Origin: Pseudomonadota bacterium
GTDB taxonomy: Bacteria; Bdellovibrionota; UBA1018; CAIMNF01
Direction: 5' to 3'
DNA: 64,000 nucleotides
NCBI GenBank assembly: GCA_027491115.1
Contig: JAIXWV010000037.1
Span: 3,048-67,047, forward strand
The notes under the pieces were generated by a model. The model was not told where the DNA came from, ran no database searches, and was given only the letters and a program-made list of their open reading frames with translations. Positions 1 to 9,476 of this stretch are shown here, piece after piece; the stretch's first letter is position 1; every line of letters starts with the position of its first letter. Position numbers and translations under genes: made by a program.

Positions 1-504
1 GTTCAAATGCGCACCATGCGCGAAAAGAAGTGGCCGGTGCGGATCCTGTGCCCGGGTGCCGTTTACCGCTGTGATTCCGATGCGACCCATTCTCCCATGT
101 TCCATCAGATCGAAGGCCTCTGGGTCGACAAGAAGGTCTCCATGAGTGACCTGAAGGGAGTTCTGGATTTCTTCGCCAAGGAGTTGTTCGGGTCTCACGT
201 CAAGATCCGCTTGCGTCCGAGCTACTTTCCCTTCGTCGAACCGGGTGCGGAGGTGGATGTCAGTTGTGCCCTGTGTGCGGGCAGAAATCCCCACTGTCAG
301 GTCTGTAAGGGCACAGGTTGGCTCGAGATTCTCGGTGCCGGAATGGTGCATCCACGCCTCTTCGAACTCGCGGGTTACGATCCTTCCGAGATCAGCGGAT
401 TCGCATTCGGCATGGGCGTCGAGCGGATCGCGATGCTCCTTCATGACATTCCGGATTTGCGCCTGATGTTCCAGGGTGATCAACGCTTTTTGAAACAATT
501 CTGA
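1..504 (+). CDS. pheS: Phenylalanine--tRNA ligase alpha subunit, C-terminal part (5' end lies outside the window)
   Basis: Frame 1 is open from base 1. Class II aaRS motifs [12 protein letters not shown] and [14 protein letters not shown] are present. pheT follows immediately. Confidence 0.95.
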   Translation, partial: VQMRTMREKKWPVRILCPGAVYRCDSDATHSPMFHQIEGLWVDKKVSMSDLKGVLDFFAKELFGSHVKIRLRPSYFPFVEPGAEVDVSCALCAGRNPHCQVCKGTGWLEILGAGMVHPRLFELAGYDPSEISGFAFGMGVERIAMLLHDIPDLRLMFQGDQRFLKQF

Positions 505-520
505 AGAACGGTGACCGACG

Positions 521-2986
521 ATGAAAATCTCATACAAGTGGCTGAATGAATGGGTCGATTTGAGCGGATTGAAAGGGCCCGAGGAGCTCGCTGAAATTCT
601 GACCGCACGCGGACTCGAAGTCGAGAGTATCGAACGTCAGGATCGGGGCTTCGACAAGGTGATCTCGGCCCAGATCCTCCACAAGGACAAGCATCCCGAG
701 GCGGACCGGCTCTCGCTTTGTAAAGTGAATCCGGGAGGTGGGGCTGAGTACCTCGATATCGTCTGTGGCGCCCAGAACATGAAGGTCGGAGACATCGTGT
801 GTCTCGCGCAGATCGGCGCGAATCTTCCGAATGGAATGAAGATCGAGAAGGGCAAGATCCGTGGAGTCGTTTCCATGGGCATGCTTTGTTCGGAAGAGGA
901 ACTCGGGATGGCCAAGGAGTCGGAGGGGATCCTGATCCTGCCTCCGAAGACTCCGGTCGGTTGGAAGCTTGCGGACATCCTGGGTCTCGACGACACCCTT
1001 CTTGAAATCAAGTTGACCGCAAACCGCGGCGACTGTCTTTCTCATCGGGGCATGGCCCGAGAAGTGGCTGCCGCTCTCGGCAAGCCCCTCAAGGCCCCGA
1101 AGGTGAGTCCGTTCCAGGGATCCGGTTCCCCCATCCGGGTTGAACTCGAAGCCGGCGACTTCGCTCCGCAGTTTTTCGGTGCGTATTTGGATTCGGTCAA
1201 GGTCGAGCCTTCGCCCGATTGGCTCAAGAAGCGTCTCGAAGCGATCGGTCAGCGCTCCATCAACAATCTGGTCGATGTCAGCAATCTCTTGATGTTCGAG
1301 TACGGTTTCCCGGTCCACATTTACGACGCTGACAAACTCGAGGGCGGAGTGATTCGCGTGACCCGCTCCAAGGCCGGTGAGAAGATTCCTCTCCTCGACG
1401 GGGGTGAGATTGAAACCACCGGAGAAGAATTGATCATTGCAGACGGCGTGAAACCGGTCGGCTTGGCGGGAGTCATGGGGGGCGGGAACTCCGAGGTGAG
1501 CGAGGGCACGAAGCGCGTGTTCCTCGAGTGCGCCGAGTTCGATCCGACCCTCGTCCGGCGCGCGGCATTCCGTTTCGGCAGAAGATCCGAGGCGTCCCTG
1601 CGTTTCGAGAAGGGTATCGATCCGAAAGGGCACCGCGAGGCCATGGGAAGATTGATTGATTTCGTGTGCAAGATTGCCGGAGGAGAACTAATCGGAACCG
1701 CCTTTGCCGAGCTGCCTTCTCGCGCGGCGTTTTCTGTCAAACCCATCGCAACCACGGTAGATTTCATCAACGGATTTCTGGGCACCGCTCTCTCCGAAGA
1801 AAGAATCATCCAAATCCTCGAGACTCTCGAGTGCGGGGTCGAAAAAACGGGGTCCGGCATCCGGGTCACCCCCCCGACCTACCGTCTCGACCTCAGGATC
1901 CGTGAGGACCTCGCCGAGGAAGTGGCCCGGAGTATCGGGTATGACGCCATTCCGACCACGATTCCCGCTTTGAGCGGCATGCCTGAAATGCGTCTCGGGA
2001 ATCCGAAGGATCACCGTCTTTCGGTCATTGACCAGGCCAAAGACACACTGGTTTCCTTGGGGATCAACGAAGTCCTGACCTACTCCTTCCAGAGCGAGAG
2101 TTGGCTTGCCCGTTTCGGGATGCGTTCGAGCGTACCGATCCTCAATCCGCTGTCCGAGGAGCAGGGATTCCTGGTTCCCTCTTTGTTGCCCGGTATAATG
2201 AAGGCCTATCTCGAGAACGAACGCCATCACTTCGGTTCGGATCCGCTCTCGGTGCGGCTCTTTGAAATCCGGCCGGTGTTCTCGTTTTCGGGAGAAAAAA
2301 TTGAAGCCAAAGGTGAGGGCGAGACCGGGGTCACCGAGCGGTTGAAGCTGAGTGTGCTCCTTTCCGGGCCGAGGTATGCCCAGGGGCTCTCGGTTGAGAG
2401 GGGGGAGACCGATTTCTTCGATCTCAAGGCGGTTCTCGAAACCCTGTTCGAGGAACTCCGGACCAAGGGTATCCGGATGCGAGCGGCCGATACGGGATTA
2501 CTGCAGGCCTCCTCCGGGCTCTTTCATCCGGGTCAGTGCCTTCAATTCGCCGCCGGCAAAGAAGCGATCGGTTTTGCGGGACGGATTCATCCGAAACTCG
2601 AGTCGGAGTTGAAGCTCCGGGGACCGGTATTTTGGGCCGAGCTGGATTTCGAACCAGTCATCGGATTGACGCCCGAAAAAGAAGCTTCCTTCAAGGCTTG
2701 GTCCCAGTTCCCGACCATGGAGCGGGACTTCGCCCTCTTGGTAGATCGGACCCTTCCTTCGGAAAATTTGATTCAATCCGCTCTGAAACACGGGAAGCCG
2801 ATTGCAAAAGTCGCAAAGATTTTTGATACTTATGAAGGAGCTCAACTTCCAGAAGGAAAGATCAGTATCGGCGTCCGGGTGATTTTTTCGGACGACTCGA
2901 AGAGCTTGGAAGAGAAACAAGTGGATCTCTGTTCCGAGTTGATCGTGAAGAAATGGAATGATGAGTTCAAAGCGGTAATCAGATAG
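521..2986 (+). CDS. pheT: Phenylalanine--tRNA ligase beta subunit
   Basis: 821 aa. The N-terminal tRNA-binding domain carries KHPEADRLSLCKVN. Length and B3/4-B5 layout fit PheT, and pheS lies directly upstream. Confidence 0.95.
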   Translation: MKISYKWLNEWVDLSGLKGPEELAEILTARGLEVESIERQDRGFDKVISAQILHKDKHPEADRLSLCKVNPGGGAEYLDIVCGAQNMKVGDIVCLAQIGANLPNGMKIEKGKIRGVVSMGMLCSEEELGMAKESEGILILPPKTPVGWKLADILGLDDTLLEIKLTANRGDCLSHRGMAREVAAALGKPLKAPKVSPFQGSGSPIRVELEAGDFAPQFFGAYLDSVKVEPSPDWLKKRLEAIGQRSINNLVDVSNLLMFEYGFPVHIYDADKLEGGVIRVTRSKAGEKIPLLDGGEIETTGEELIIADGVKPVGLAGVMGGGNSEVSEGTKRVFLECAEFDPTLVRRAAFRFGRRSEASLRFEKGIDPKGHREAMGRLIDFVCKIAGGELIGTAFAELPSRAAFSVKPIATTVDFINGFLGTALSEERIIQILETLECGVEKTGSGIRVTPPTYRLDLRIREDLAEEVARSIGYDAIPTTIPALSGMPEMRLGNPKDHRLSVIDQAKDTLVSLGINEVLTYSFQSESWLARFGMRSSVPILNPLSEEQGFLVPSLLPGIMKAYLENERHHFGSDPLSVRLFEIRPVFSFSGEKIEAKGEGETGVTERLKLSVLLSGPRYAQGLSVERGETDFFDLKAVLETLFEELRTKGIRMRAADTGLLQASSGLFHPGQCLQFAAGKEAIGFAGRIHPKLESELKLRGPVFWAELDFEPVIGLTPEKEASFKAWSQFPTMERDFALLVDRTLPSENLIQSALKHGKPIAKVAKIFDTYEGAQLPEGKISIGVRVIFSDDSKSLEEKQVDLCSELIVKKWNDEFKAVIR

Positions 2987-3022
2987 ACCGGCAATGAGAC
3001 CAGCAACTGGAGGGGATGTCCT

Positions 3023-3382
3023 GTGGCACTGACCAAAGCGGATTTAGTGGATTCGATTCACGAGAAAATCGGTTTCTCAAAAAAAGAGGCTGCAGACATG
3101 GTGGAGTTGATTTTCGACACCATGAAGGGTGCTTTGACCGAAGGAGACAAGATCAAGATTTCTGGCTTCGGCAACTTCGTCGTGCGTGAAAAACGCTCTA
3201 GGACTGGGCGGAATCCCCAAACTGGTCAGGCAATCGAGATTTCTGCACGCCGGGTTCTTACTTTCAAGCCTTCTCAAGTGCTTCGTGCCGAGGTGAATGA
3301 CACCCTCAAGGGTAAGCCGATCACCGAGGAGATGATCCGTCGTCGTGGCGGTAAGAATGACGACGAGGGTGATGAAGAGTGA
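3023..3382 (+). CDS. ihfA: Integration host factor alpha / HU-family DNA-binding protein with an acidic C-terminal tail
   Basis: GTG start preceded by GGAGGGGA. The IHF/HU arm GFGNFVVREKRSRTGRNPQTGQAIEISARRVLTFKPS is present. It sits in the classical position after pheT. Confidence 0.85.
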   Translation: MALTKADLVDSIHEKIGFSKKEAADMVELIFDTMKGALTEGDKIKISGFGNFVVREKRSRTGRNPQTGQAIEISARRVLTFKPSQVLRAEVNDTLKGKPITEEMIRRRGGKNDDEGDEE

Positions 3383-3819
3383 GCTTCCGCATTCCCGACC
3401 GCACGTTTTTCCGTATTGGAGATGTTTCGGCGATTCTAGGGATCAAGCCTCACGTCATCCGTTTTTGGGAAGGTGAGTTTCCTTTTCTGGCGCCGGCCAA
3501 GGCAACGAGTGGTCAGCGGGTGTATCGCCGTTCGGACATCGAGGCGTTGATTCTCGTCAAGCATCTGCTCCACATCGAGCGGTTTTCGATCGAAGGAGCG
3601 AGGAAGAAACTTTCGGAATTGCGGAAGACCGCGAAACTCCGCGAGGCGATGGACGCTGTTCTCTCGGGCAAGCCAGTCCCTTCGGGAGATTCCGGTCCAA
3701 TGGTGTTCCCGAAGGTCGGTGTGGGAGTCCTTCAACAGCGGATCGAGTCTCTTCGTCACCTGATTCGCGAACCCGCAGCGGCCGGATTCGAGATTCCCGG
3801 CTTAAAATCCCTCCAGTAA
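3379..3819 (+). CDS. MerR-family transcriptional regulator
   Basis: N-terminal HTH FRIGDVSAILGIKPHVIRFWEGEF. The GTG start overlaps the ihfA stop (GTGA). Confidence 0.8.
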   Translation: MSFRIPDRTFFRIGDVSAILGIKPHVIRFWEGEFPFLAPAKATSGQRVYRRSDIEALILVKHLLHIERFSIEGARKKLSELRKTAKLREAMDAVLSGKPVPSGDSGPMVFPKVGVGVLQQRIESLRHLIREPAAAGFEIPGLKSLQ

Positions 3820-4773
3820 CCGACGGATCACTTGATTCGCCAGATTCATCCCGTGAACCTCCTCGAGTTGAACCAGGAGTCCCGGGCTGGTGATGTTGAA
3901 ATCCGAGATTTTCCCTGAAATGAAGTCCACCGCAGCCAATGCGATTCTCCGCTTGTGCAGGGCGTGGCCGATCTCTTCCGCTACCTTGAATTCTTTCGCA
4001 TCAGGATGATGGGCTTCGATTCTGGAGCCTTCGTCGATCAGCACCCTGAAGTCCCCGGAAACAGGGAATTTCTTCAATGCGCCGATGAACTGACCCATGG
4101 CGAACCACATTCTGACTTCGCCTTCCCTGATCCCGGGAAGGTATTCTTGCAGGAAAACGGGTTTTCGGGAGTGGTCCGTGATCTCCGCGATGAGGTTCAG
4201 GCATTCTTCTTTCGACGGGGGACTGGTGTGCCGGCGAACTCCGATACTTTGTGCGAGGTTCATGGGCTTTGAAACGAAGGTCGAATGTTGACGGATGAAG
4301 TCGATGGCGGAGTTCAGGTCTTCCTCTGACTTCACCACCAAGTGACGAGGTGCCAGGTGCCGGAGTTCAGGGAGTGGGAGTTTTTCACTCTGCCCGGTGA
4401 TGACTTCGAGAGGGTTGAGTAAACCTTCTCCCGAGAGTGCTCCCGCATCGAGGCGTCGAGCCAGGTCGATGTAATCCTCATTCACGGGCGGATCGATCCG
4501 ATCATGGACCTGCCTGAAAGATGACGGTTCCCAGAGTCTCACTCGGCTTACTGGATCAAACGACGCACTCCGCATCCATGCGCGGTCCACTGCGGCCGCC
4601 TTCCAAGATCCCAATGGATCTTCGAATACCAAATCAGAGGAGGTCCAGCAGGTGGGAATTCCCAGATTGACCGCTTCTTCCATCAGCCTGAGCGTGGTAT
4701 CCTTTGGGTGGGAAAGGGTGGGCCAAGGATCAGTCACCCAGAGCAAGATTTCTCCGGACGTCATGGTGTGCAT
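3802..4773 (-). CDS. Glutathione synthase-like ATP-grasp protein (GshB family, diverged)
   Basis: 323 aa and colinear with prokaryotic GshB. Supporting segments are an N-terminal pre-ATP-grasp region, QEYLPGIREGEVRMWF and the C-terminal AAVDFISGKISDFNITSPG. The glycine-rich loop is diverged. Confidence 0.6.
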   Translation of the reverse strand: MHTMTSGEILLWVTDPWPTLSHPKDTTLRLMEEAVNLGIPTCWTSSDLVFEDPLGSWKAAAVDRAWMRSASFDPVSRVRLWEPSSFRQVHDRIDPPVNEDYIDLARRLDAGALSGEGLLNPLEVITGQSEKLPLPELRHLAPRHLVVKSEEDLNSAIDFIRQHSTFVSKPMNLAQSIGVRRHTSPPSKEECLNLIAEITDHSRKPVFLQEYLPGIREGEVRMWFAMGQFIGALKKFPVSGDFRVLIDEGSRIEAHHPDAKEFKVAEEIGHALHKRRIALAAVDFISGKISDFNITSPGLLVQLEEVHGMNLANQVIRRLLEGF

Positions 4774-4796
4774 CTTGAGGGTAAGGGTAAGGAAAA

Positions 4797-6629
4797 ATGG
4801 CTGTTTTGAGTAGGATTAAATCAGAGACCGCCTTTGTTTTTCTATTTGCCCTTCTCGGGTCGGGGTGTAGTGGCAAAGGGCTCAAGCTGAGTGACTATCT
4901 GATCGACCTTCAACAGCGGAAGCCGGATCCATCACGGGTTTCAGAGGGGACTGGAGTGCGTCTTTCAGAGGCGATCAAGCGCCCACTCACCCGAGAAGTC
5001 AATACTCCTGATCGGAGTCGTCTTCTTTCTTTTTTGCAGAGATCTCAGGAACGAAGGAAGACCAAGAATCCTGCAGTTACTTTCTCGGATTGCCAGAAGC
5101 AATTCAACGGAGCTCCTGAGTGTTCCTTCGTGAAGTCGGATTGGATTGATGCTTTATTCGAGGACGAGGAGGGACTTGACGCTGGAGATCTGGAAGTTGC
5201 TCTGAAACTTTCGCAGCGCACCCCCTTCGGAAAGATGACCCGAGCCCAGCGTGGCAAGCACGCGAAGGTGATTAACCAAGTGGTTAAACAGATTCGAGAG
5301 GGCAGCGTTGAGGAGGTCCCCGGGCGCATCGAAGGGGACTATTATCGAGCACTCAAGAGTTTTAAGATCTGGGACTCCGAGCTTGAAAAAACATCAGAAG
5401 CGATGCTGGCAGAGAAGGCATGCCTAGACCCGGAATTTTATTCTTACATGGGTCTCAAGGCCGAGGAGTTTTTCCCTGCCCGGGACAAGGTCAAGATTGC
5501 TTCGAAACTCTATTCGCGTGTGGATGAGTGCTACACCAATGCGACCCAGAACAAATACGTTCAGCTCTCTAGATTCCGACTCGGTCTGATTTCGATCCTG
5601 GAACAAGATTGCGAAAAAGCGCAGGCGGTTTTCACCCGTCTGGCCCGAATGGGTGCAAATGACTATTCCTCCCGTGCATTATACTGGAACGGATATTGCG
5701 CACGTAGAGAAGAGAAAAAAGAGGAGTTCTTGGCCAGCTTTGACGAGCTCTTCCGGATGAACCCTTTGGGCTATCATACTCTTTCCGTCAACAATGGAGA
5801 CTCCATCCTGGCGGAGAATCTGAATGTTCCTGTTGACCCGATTGTGAAGACCAGGACCCAGCGTGACGGTCAACTCAATACCTGGATCCATCTCATCGAG
5901 GACTTTGATCAGATGGGCGACATGGGGATGGTCATGAAGTTACTCACTCCGGCACGCAGGACCCCCGAGTTCCTGATGCGCCTCGAGCCCGGGGTGCGTC
6001 TGTATCTCGCAACATTCGCTTATCGCTCGAGGGATATGATCTCTCTCTTCAGGATGCTCGACAGTGTGTTTCGCACACAGAGTGAGTACGTGGTGGACTC
6101 TACACTGAGACTCTTCTATCCGCTCCGACATGTAGAAAAGATCGTGGCCGGAGTGAAGAAAGTGAATCCCCTTCTCATCGCTTCGCTGATCCGACAGGAG
6201 AGCGCGTTTCAAGATGAGGCTCATTCGAGAGTGGGCGCGGTGGGGCTGATGCAACTGATGCCTGCTACTGCCAAATTGATGGATCGAAAAGTGAAACGGG
6301 TTGATTTGCTCAAACCCGAGGTGAACATCCGTCTGGGCGTGCAGTATTTTGAACAGCTGGTGGGCCGTTACAACGGAGACGTCGAACTTGCACTGGCTGC
6401 GTACAATGCCGGAGCCGAGGTCGTCGATCGCTGGCAGAAGCGCTATCCTACCCGTAGCCGCCTCTTGTTCTTGGATCTGATTCCCTATGCAGAGACCCGG
6501 AATTACGTGACTCTCATCGGTAGAAATTATTATTGGTACTCGAAGTTGTATGCCGAGGAGTTGAAAAAAGGTCCTGCCGGACTGGCAGGTTCTGAGGCGG
6601 TCGAATTCCGGGGACTCAAGTCGGAATGA
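4797..6629 (+). CDS. Soluble lytic murein transglycosylase (Slt family), lipoprotein-type signal
   Basis: Signal peptide with LLGSGC lipobox. The C-terminal SLT domain carries ESAFQDEAHSRVGAVGLMQLMPATA and AAYNAG. Confidence 0.85.
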   Translation: MAVLSRIKSETAFVFLFALLGSGCSGKGLKLSDYLIDLQQRKPDPSRVSEGTGVRLSEAIKRPLTREVNTPDRSRLLSFLQRSQERRKTKNPAVTFSDCQKQFNGAPECSFVKSDWIDALFEDEEGLDAGDLEVALKLSQRTPFGKMTRAQRGKHAKVINQVVKQIREGSVEEVPGRIEGDYYRALKSFKIWDSELEKTSEAMLAEKACLDPEFYSYMGLKAEEFFPARDKVKIASKLYSRVDECYTNATQNKYVQLSRFRLGLISILEQDCEKAQAVFTRLARMGANDYSSRALYWNGYCARREEKKEEFLASFDELFRMNPLGYHTLSVNNGDSILAENLNVPVDPIVKTRTQRDGQLNTWIHLIEDFDQMGDMGMVMKLLTPARRTPEFLMRLEPGVRLYLATFAYRSRDMISLFRMLDSVFRTQSEYVVDSTLRLFYPLRHVEKIVAGVKKVNPLLIASLIRQESAFQDEAHSRVGAVGLMQLMPATAKLMDRKVKRVDLLKPEVNIRLGVQYFEQLVGRYNGDVELALAAYNAGAEVVDRWQKRYPTRSRLLFLDLIPYAETRNYVTLIGRNYYWYSKLYAEELKKGPAGLAGSEAVEFRGLKSE

Positions 6630-6639
6630 CCGGAATGGG

Positions 6640-8310
6640 ATGAGGAACAGCAGCACTCTTTTGCACCGTTTACGGCTCTGGGCTCTGGATCAGCCGGAGG
6701 CCGCCGCCCTATACGGAAAAGACACCGAGGGAAATTGGGTCGAGTGGTCCGCATCGACCTATTGGTCCGGCGTAGTCGATCGTGGTCAGCGGTTGAAGGC
6801 TGAAGGGGTCCAGCCCGGGGACCGTGTGGTGATCTACGGTTTGAATTCTCCCGAATGGGTGCAGTGGGAGGCTGCGGTTTGGCTGGTGGGCGGGGTGTCA
6901 GTTGGCGTTCATCCTCAGACCAATGCTCACGATCTCGGACTGATGATCGATCAGGTCGAGGCTAGGCTCATCCTGGTGGAGGGAGAGTCTTTCCGTGAAA
7001 GAATCCTGAATGCGCGGCCAGATCTCGTAACGGTGAAGCTTTTCGACGAGATCCCTGCGTCAAATACGGTATGTTCTCCGGACGATGAGGAGCGGATGCT
7101 CGATCTGGTCGATCCACGAGCCTGCCAGATGATCATTTTCACCTCGGGAACCACTGGTACTCCGAAAGGGGTGATGCTCGGGCTTTCTCAGCTCGGTTTC
7201 GCGGCGGATTGTCTGGCGCGTGAATGGCGTTTACCCTACATGGGCGGTCATCTGTTTTCCTTTCTCCCTCTCGCCCATGTCGCCGAGAAACTTCAAACTC
7301 TCGCGGTTGCGATCACGCAGCGCTACCCGGTTTGGTTCAATTCATCGATGGATCGCTTTCTGCCCGAGATTCGTGAGGTCCGCCCAACTTTATTATTGGC
7401 GGTGCCGAGGGTGTGGGAGCGTTTCAAGGAGCAGGCCGAGGCGGCCAAACCCCGACTGCTTCAGCGGATGATGGAGTTTGAGAAGGTGGGGGCGATCGCA
7501 GACCGCATCTATCTTGCACAGGTGAGGGATCAGTTGGGACTCGACCGAGTCGAACTCGCGGTTTCAGGTGCGGCAAAACTTCCTCCTGCGGTGGGGGAGT
7601 GGTTTTCCTCGATTGGAATAGGGATCCAGGAAATTTACGGGATGAGCGAGTCTTCTGGAATCATCACCATGACCCATGGTGAGAGTACAGGGTTCAAAAG
7701 TCTCGGAACTCCACCGATCGGAGTTGAGGTTCGGATCGCGGTCGACGGAGAGATCCTGGTGAGGGGGCCGAATGTGTTTCTTGGCTATTGGAAAGACGCC
7801 GAGGGCACCCGCGAGGTACTTCTCGAGGATGGCTGGCTTAAGACTGGTGACCTCGGAGAGTGGAGTGAGGGGCTCAACATCATCGGTAGGAACCGGGATA
7901 TCATCAAGTTGTCGAATGGCAGGATGGTGGCCCCACTACCCATCGAAAACGCCCTGAAGGAGATTCCTGAAGTTTCCAATGTGTGTGTGGTCGGAGAGGG
8001 AAAACCTTCTTTGATGGCTCTCATCACCTTGAAAGAGGAGTTGCTGATGGAGATCCGCTTCAAGCCTGGAGCGATCGAGGGTCTGGTGGTGGAGGACGAG
8101 GGACTCAAGAAGAGGATCCTCATGCAGATCGAGGAGCTCGTGAGAAAGAATCGCCTTCCTGAGAATGTGACTCAGTTTGTGATTCTTTCCCGTGACTTCC
8201 AGACAGAGAAGCAGGAACTCACCCAAACGCAGAAGCTGAACCGCAACCGGATTCAACAGAACTTCAAGTTCTTCATCGATTTGCGTTACGAGGAGAGCTA
8301 TCGAACATGA
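6640..8310 (+). CDS. AMP-dependent synthetase / long-chain acyl-CoA ligase
   Basis: AMP-binding motif IIFTSGTTGTPKGVML and the later GWLKTGDLG motif. 556 aa. Confidence 0.85.
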   Translation: MRNSSTLLHRLRLWALDQPEAAALYGKDTEGNWVEWSASTYWSGVVDRGQRLKAEGVQPGDRVVIYGLNSPEWVQWEAAVWLVGGVSVGVHPQTNAHDLGLMIDQVEARLILVEGESFRERILNARPDLVTVKLFDEIPASNTVCSPDDEERMLDLVDPRACQMIIFTSGTTGTPKGVMLGLSQLGFAADCLAREWRLPYMGGHLFSFLPLAHVAEKLQTLAVAITQRYPVWFNSSMDRFLPEIREVRPTLLLAVPRVWERFKEQAEAAKPRLLQRMMEFEKVGAIADRIYLAQVRDQLGLDRVELAVSGAAKLPPAVGEWFSSIGIGIQEIYGMSESSGIITMTHGESTGFKSLGTPPIGVEVRIAVDGEILVRGPNVFLGYWKDAEGTREVLLEDGWLKTGDLGEWSEGLNIIGRNRDIIKLSNGRMVAPLPIENALKEIPEVSNVCVVGEGKPSLMALITLKEELLMEIRFKPGAIEGLVVEDEGLKKRILMQIEELVRKNRLPENVTQFVILSRDFQTEKQELTQTQKLNRNRIQQNFKFFIDLRYEESYRT

Positions 8311-9476
8311 ATCTTGGCCTCGTTCTGACAGGTGGAGGAGCTCGAGCAGCCTACCAGACCGGCGTGGTAAAGGCACTTGCGGAGGTGGTTGGGCCGGGTC
8401 CGTCCCCGTTCAATGTCATTACCGGCGTATCGGCAGGTGCCATCAATGGGGCTTATTTGATGTCTCATGCAGATGATTTTTCAAAAGCTTCAGACGGACT
8501 TCATCGCCTTTGGACCTCGCTCGAGACCGAACGAATTTACAGGAGTGATCCGGCAGCCGTAGCCACACTAGGATCTCGGTGGCTCCAGACGCTCGGCTTG
8601 GGTGGGATTCTCGGAAAAAAGCGCGCCAACTATCTCCTGAGCACCGGCCCGCTCCGACAGCTTCTCGAAGAGAGTCTCAAGCTGGATCGCGTCCCCGGGT
8701 TCATCCAAGACGGGATCCTGAGGGGGGTGGCGTTTTCATGCACCAATTATCTGACCGGGACCGCGATCAGCTTTTTCGATGGACATGAGGACATTCAGTC
8801 CTGGGTCCGCTCCACGCGCCTCGGTCAACGTGAGCGTCTGACCAACCATCATGTGATGGCCTCGAGCGCGATACCGGTTTTTTTCCCACCGGAGCGACTC
8901 GATGGGGCACTTTATGGAGACGGGTGTATCCGCCTCACATCACCGTTGAGCCCGGCGATTCATCTCGGGGCCGATCGGATCATCGCAGTCGGGATACGTT
9001 ATTTTCGTACGAACGAGCAGACCCTTGAACTCAACCGGACTTTGAAGCGTGAAGATTTAAGCTTGGCTGAGATTGGCGGGGTCTTGCTCAATGCGGTTTT
9101 TCTGGATTCTTTGGAGACTGACATCGAGCGAATGGAACGGATCAACAACACGCTTTCTCTCATGACCGAGGAGCAACGTCTGGCTCATCCCAGTGCACTG
9201 AAGCAGATCCCCATTCTCGCTCTCCGCCCGAGTAGGGATCTCGGCCAGTTGGCTCGTGGAACCCTGAAGGAGTTTCCGGCACTGATTCGCTACCTCCTCC
9301 GAGGTGTTGGAGCGCAAGAAGACAAAGGGTGGGATCTCGTTTCTTATTTGGCATTCGAGTCCGCCTACACAGGACAACTCGCCGAGCTCGGATACGAGGA
9401 CACCCTTAAGAGAAAGCAGGAACTTCAGGAGTTCCTTTTTGGCGGGGCTGTCGTAAGGAACTCCAGGTCCTTATAG
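8307..9476 (+). CDS. Patatin-like phospholipase
   Basis: Oxyanion GGGARAAY, nucleophile elbow GVSAGAING (GxSxG) and a downstream DG dyad (YGDGC). ATGA overlap with the upstream acyl-CoA ligase. Confidence 0.85.
   Translation: MNLGLVLTGGGARAAYQTGVVKALAEVVGPGPSPFNVITGVSAGAINGAYLMSHADDFSKASDGLHRLWTSLETERIYRSDPAAVATLGSRWLQTLGLGGILGKKRANYLLSTGPLRQLLEESLKLDRVPGFIQDGILRGVAFSCTNYLTGTAISFFDGHEDIQSWVRSTRLGQRERLTNHHVMASSAIPVFFPPERLDGALYGDGCIRLTSPLSPAIHLGADRIIAVGIRYFRTNEQTLELNRTLKREDLSLAEIGGVLLNAVFLDSLETDIERMERINNTLSLMTEEQRLAHPSALKQIPILALRPSRDLGQLARGTLKEFPALIRYLLRGVGAQEDKGWDLVSYLAFESAYTGQLAELGYEDTLKRKQELQEFLFGGAVVRNSRSL

Noticed and set aside
530-1633. 367-aa ORF antisense to pheT. Similar long antisense ORFs are 5940-6656, 10154-11161, 12613-13326, 23356-24042, 33174-33854, 34013-35005, 46658-47566, 52011-52679 and 59652-60662.
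   Set aside because: Each lies opposite a gene with clear family motifs or a clean signal peptide. Their translations are Arg/Gly/Pro/Ser-rich with no motifs, which is typical of shadow ORFs in GC-rich coding DNA.
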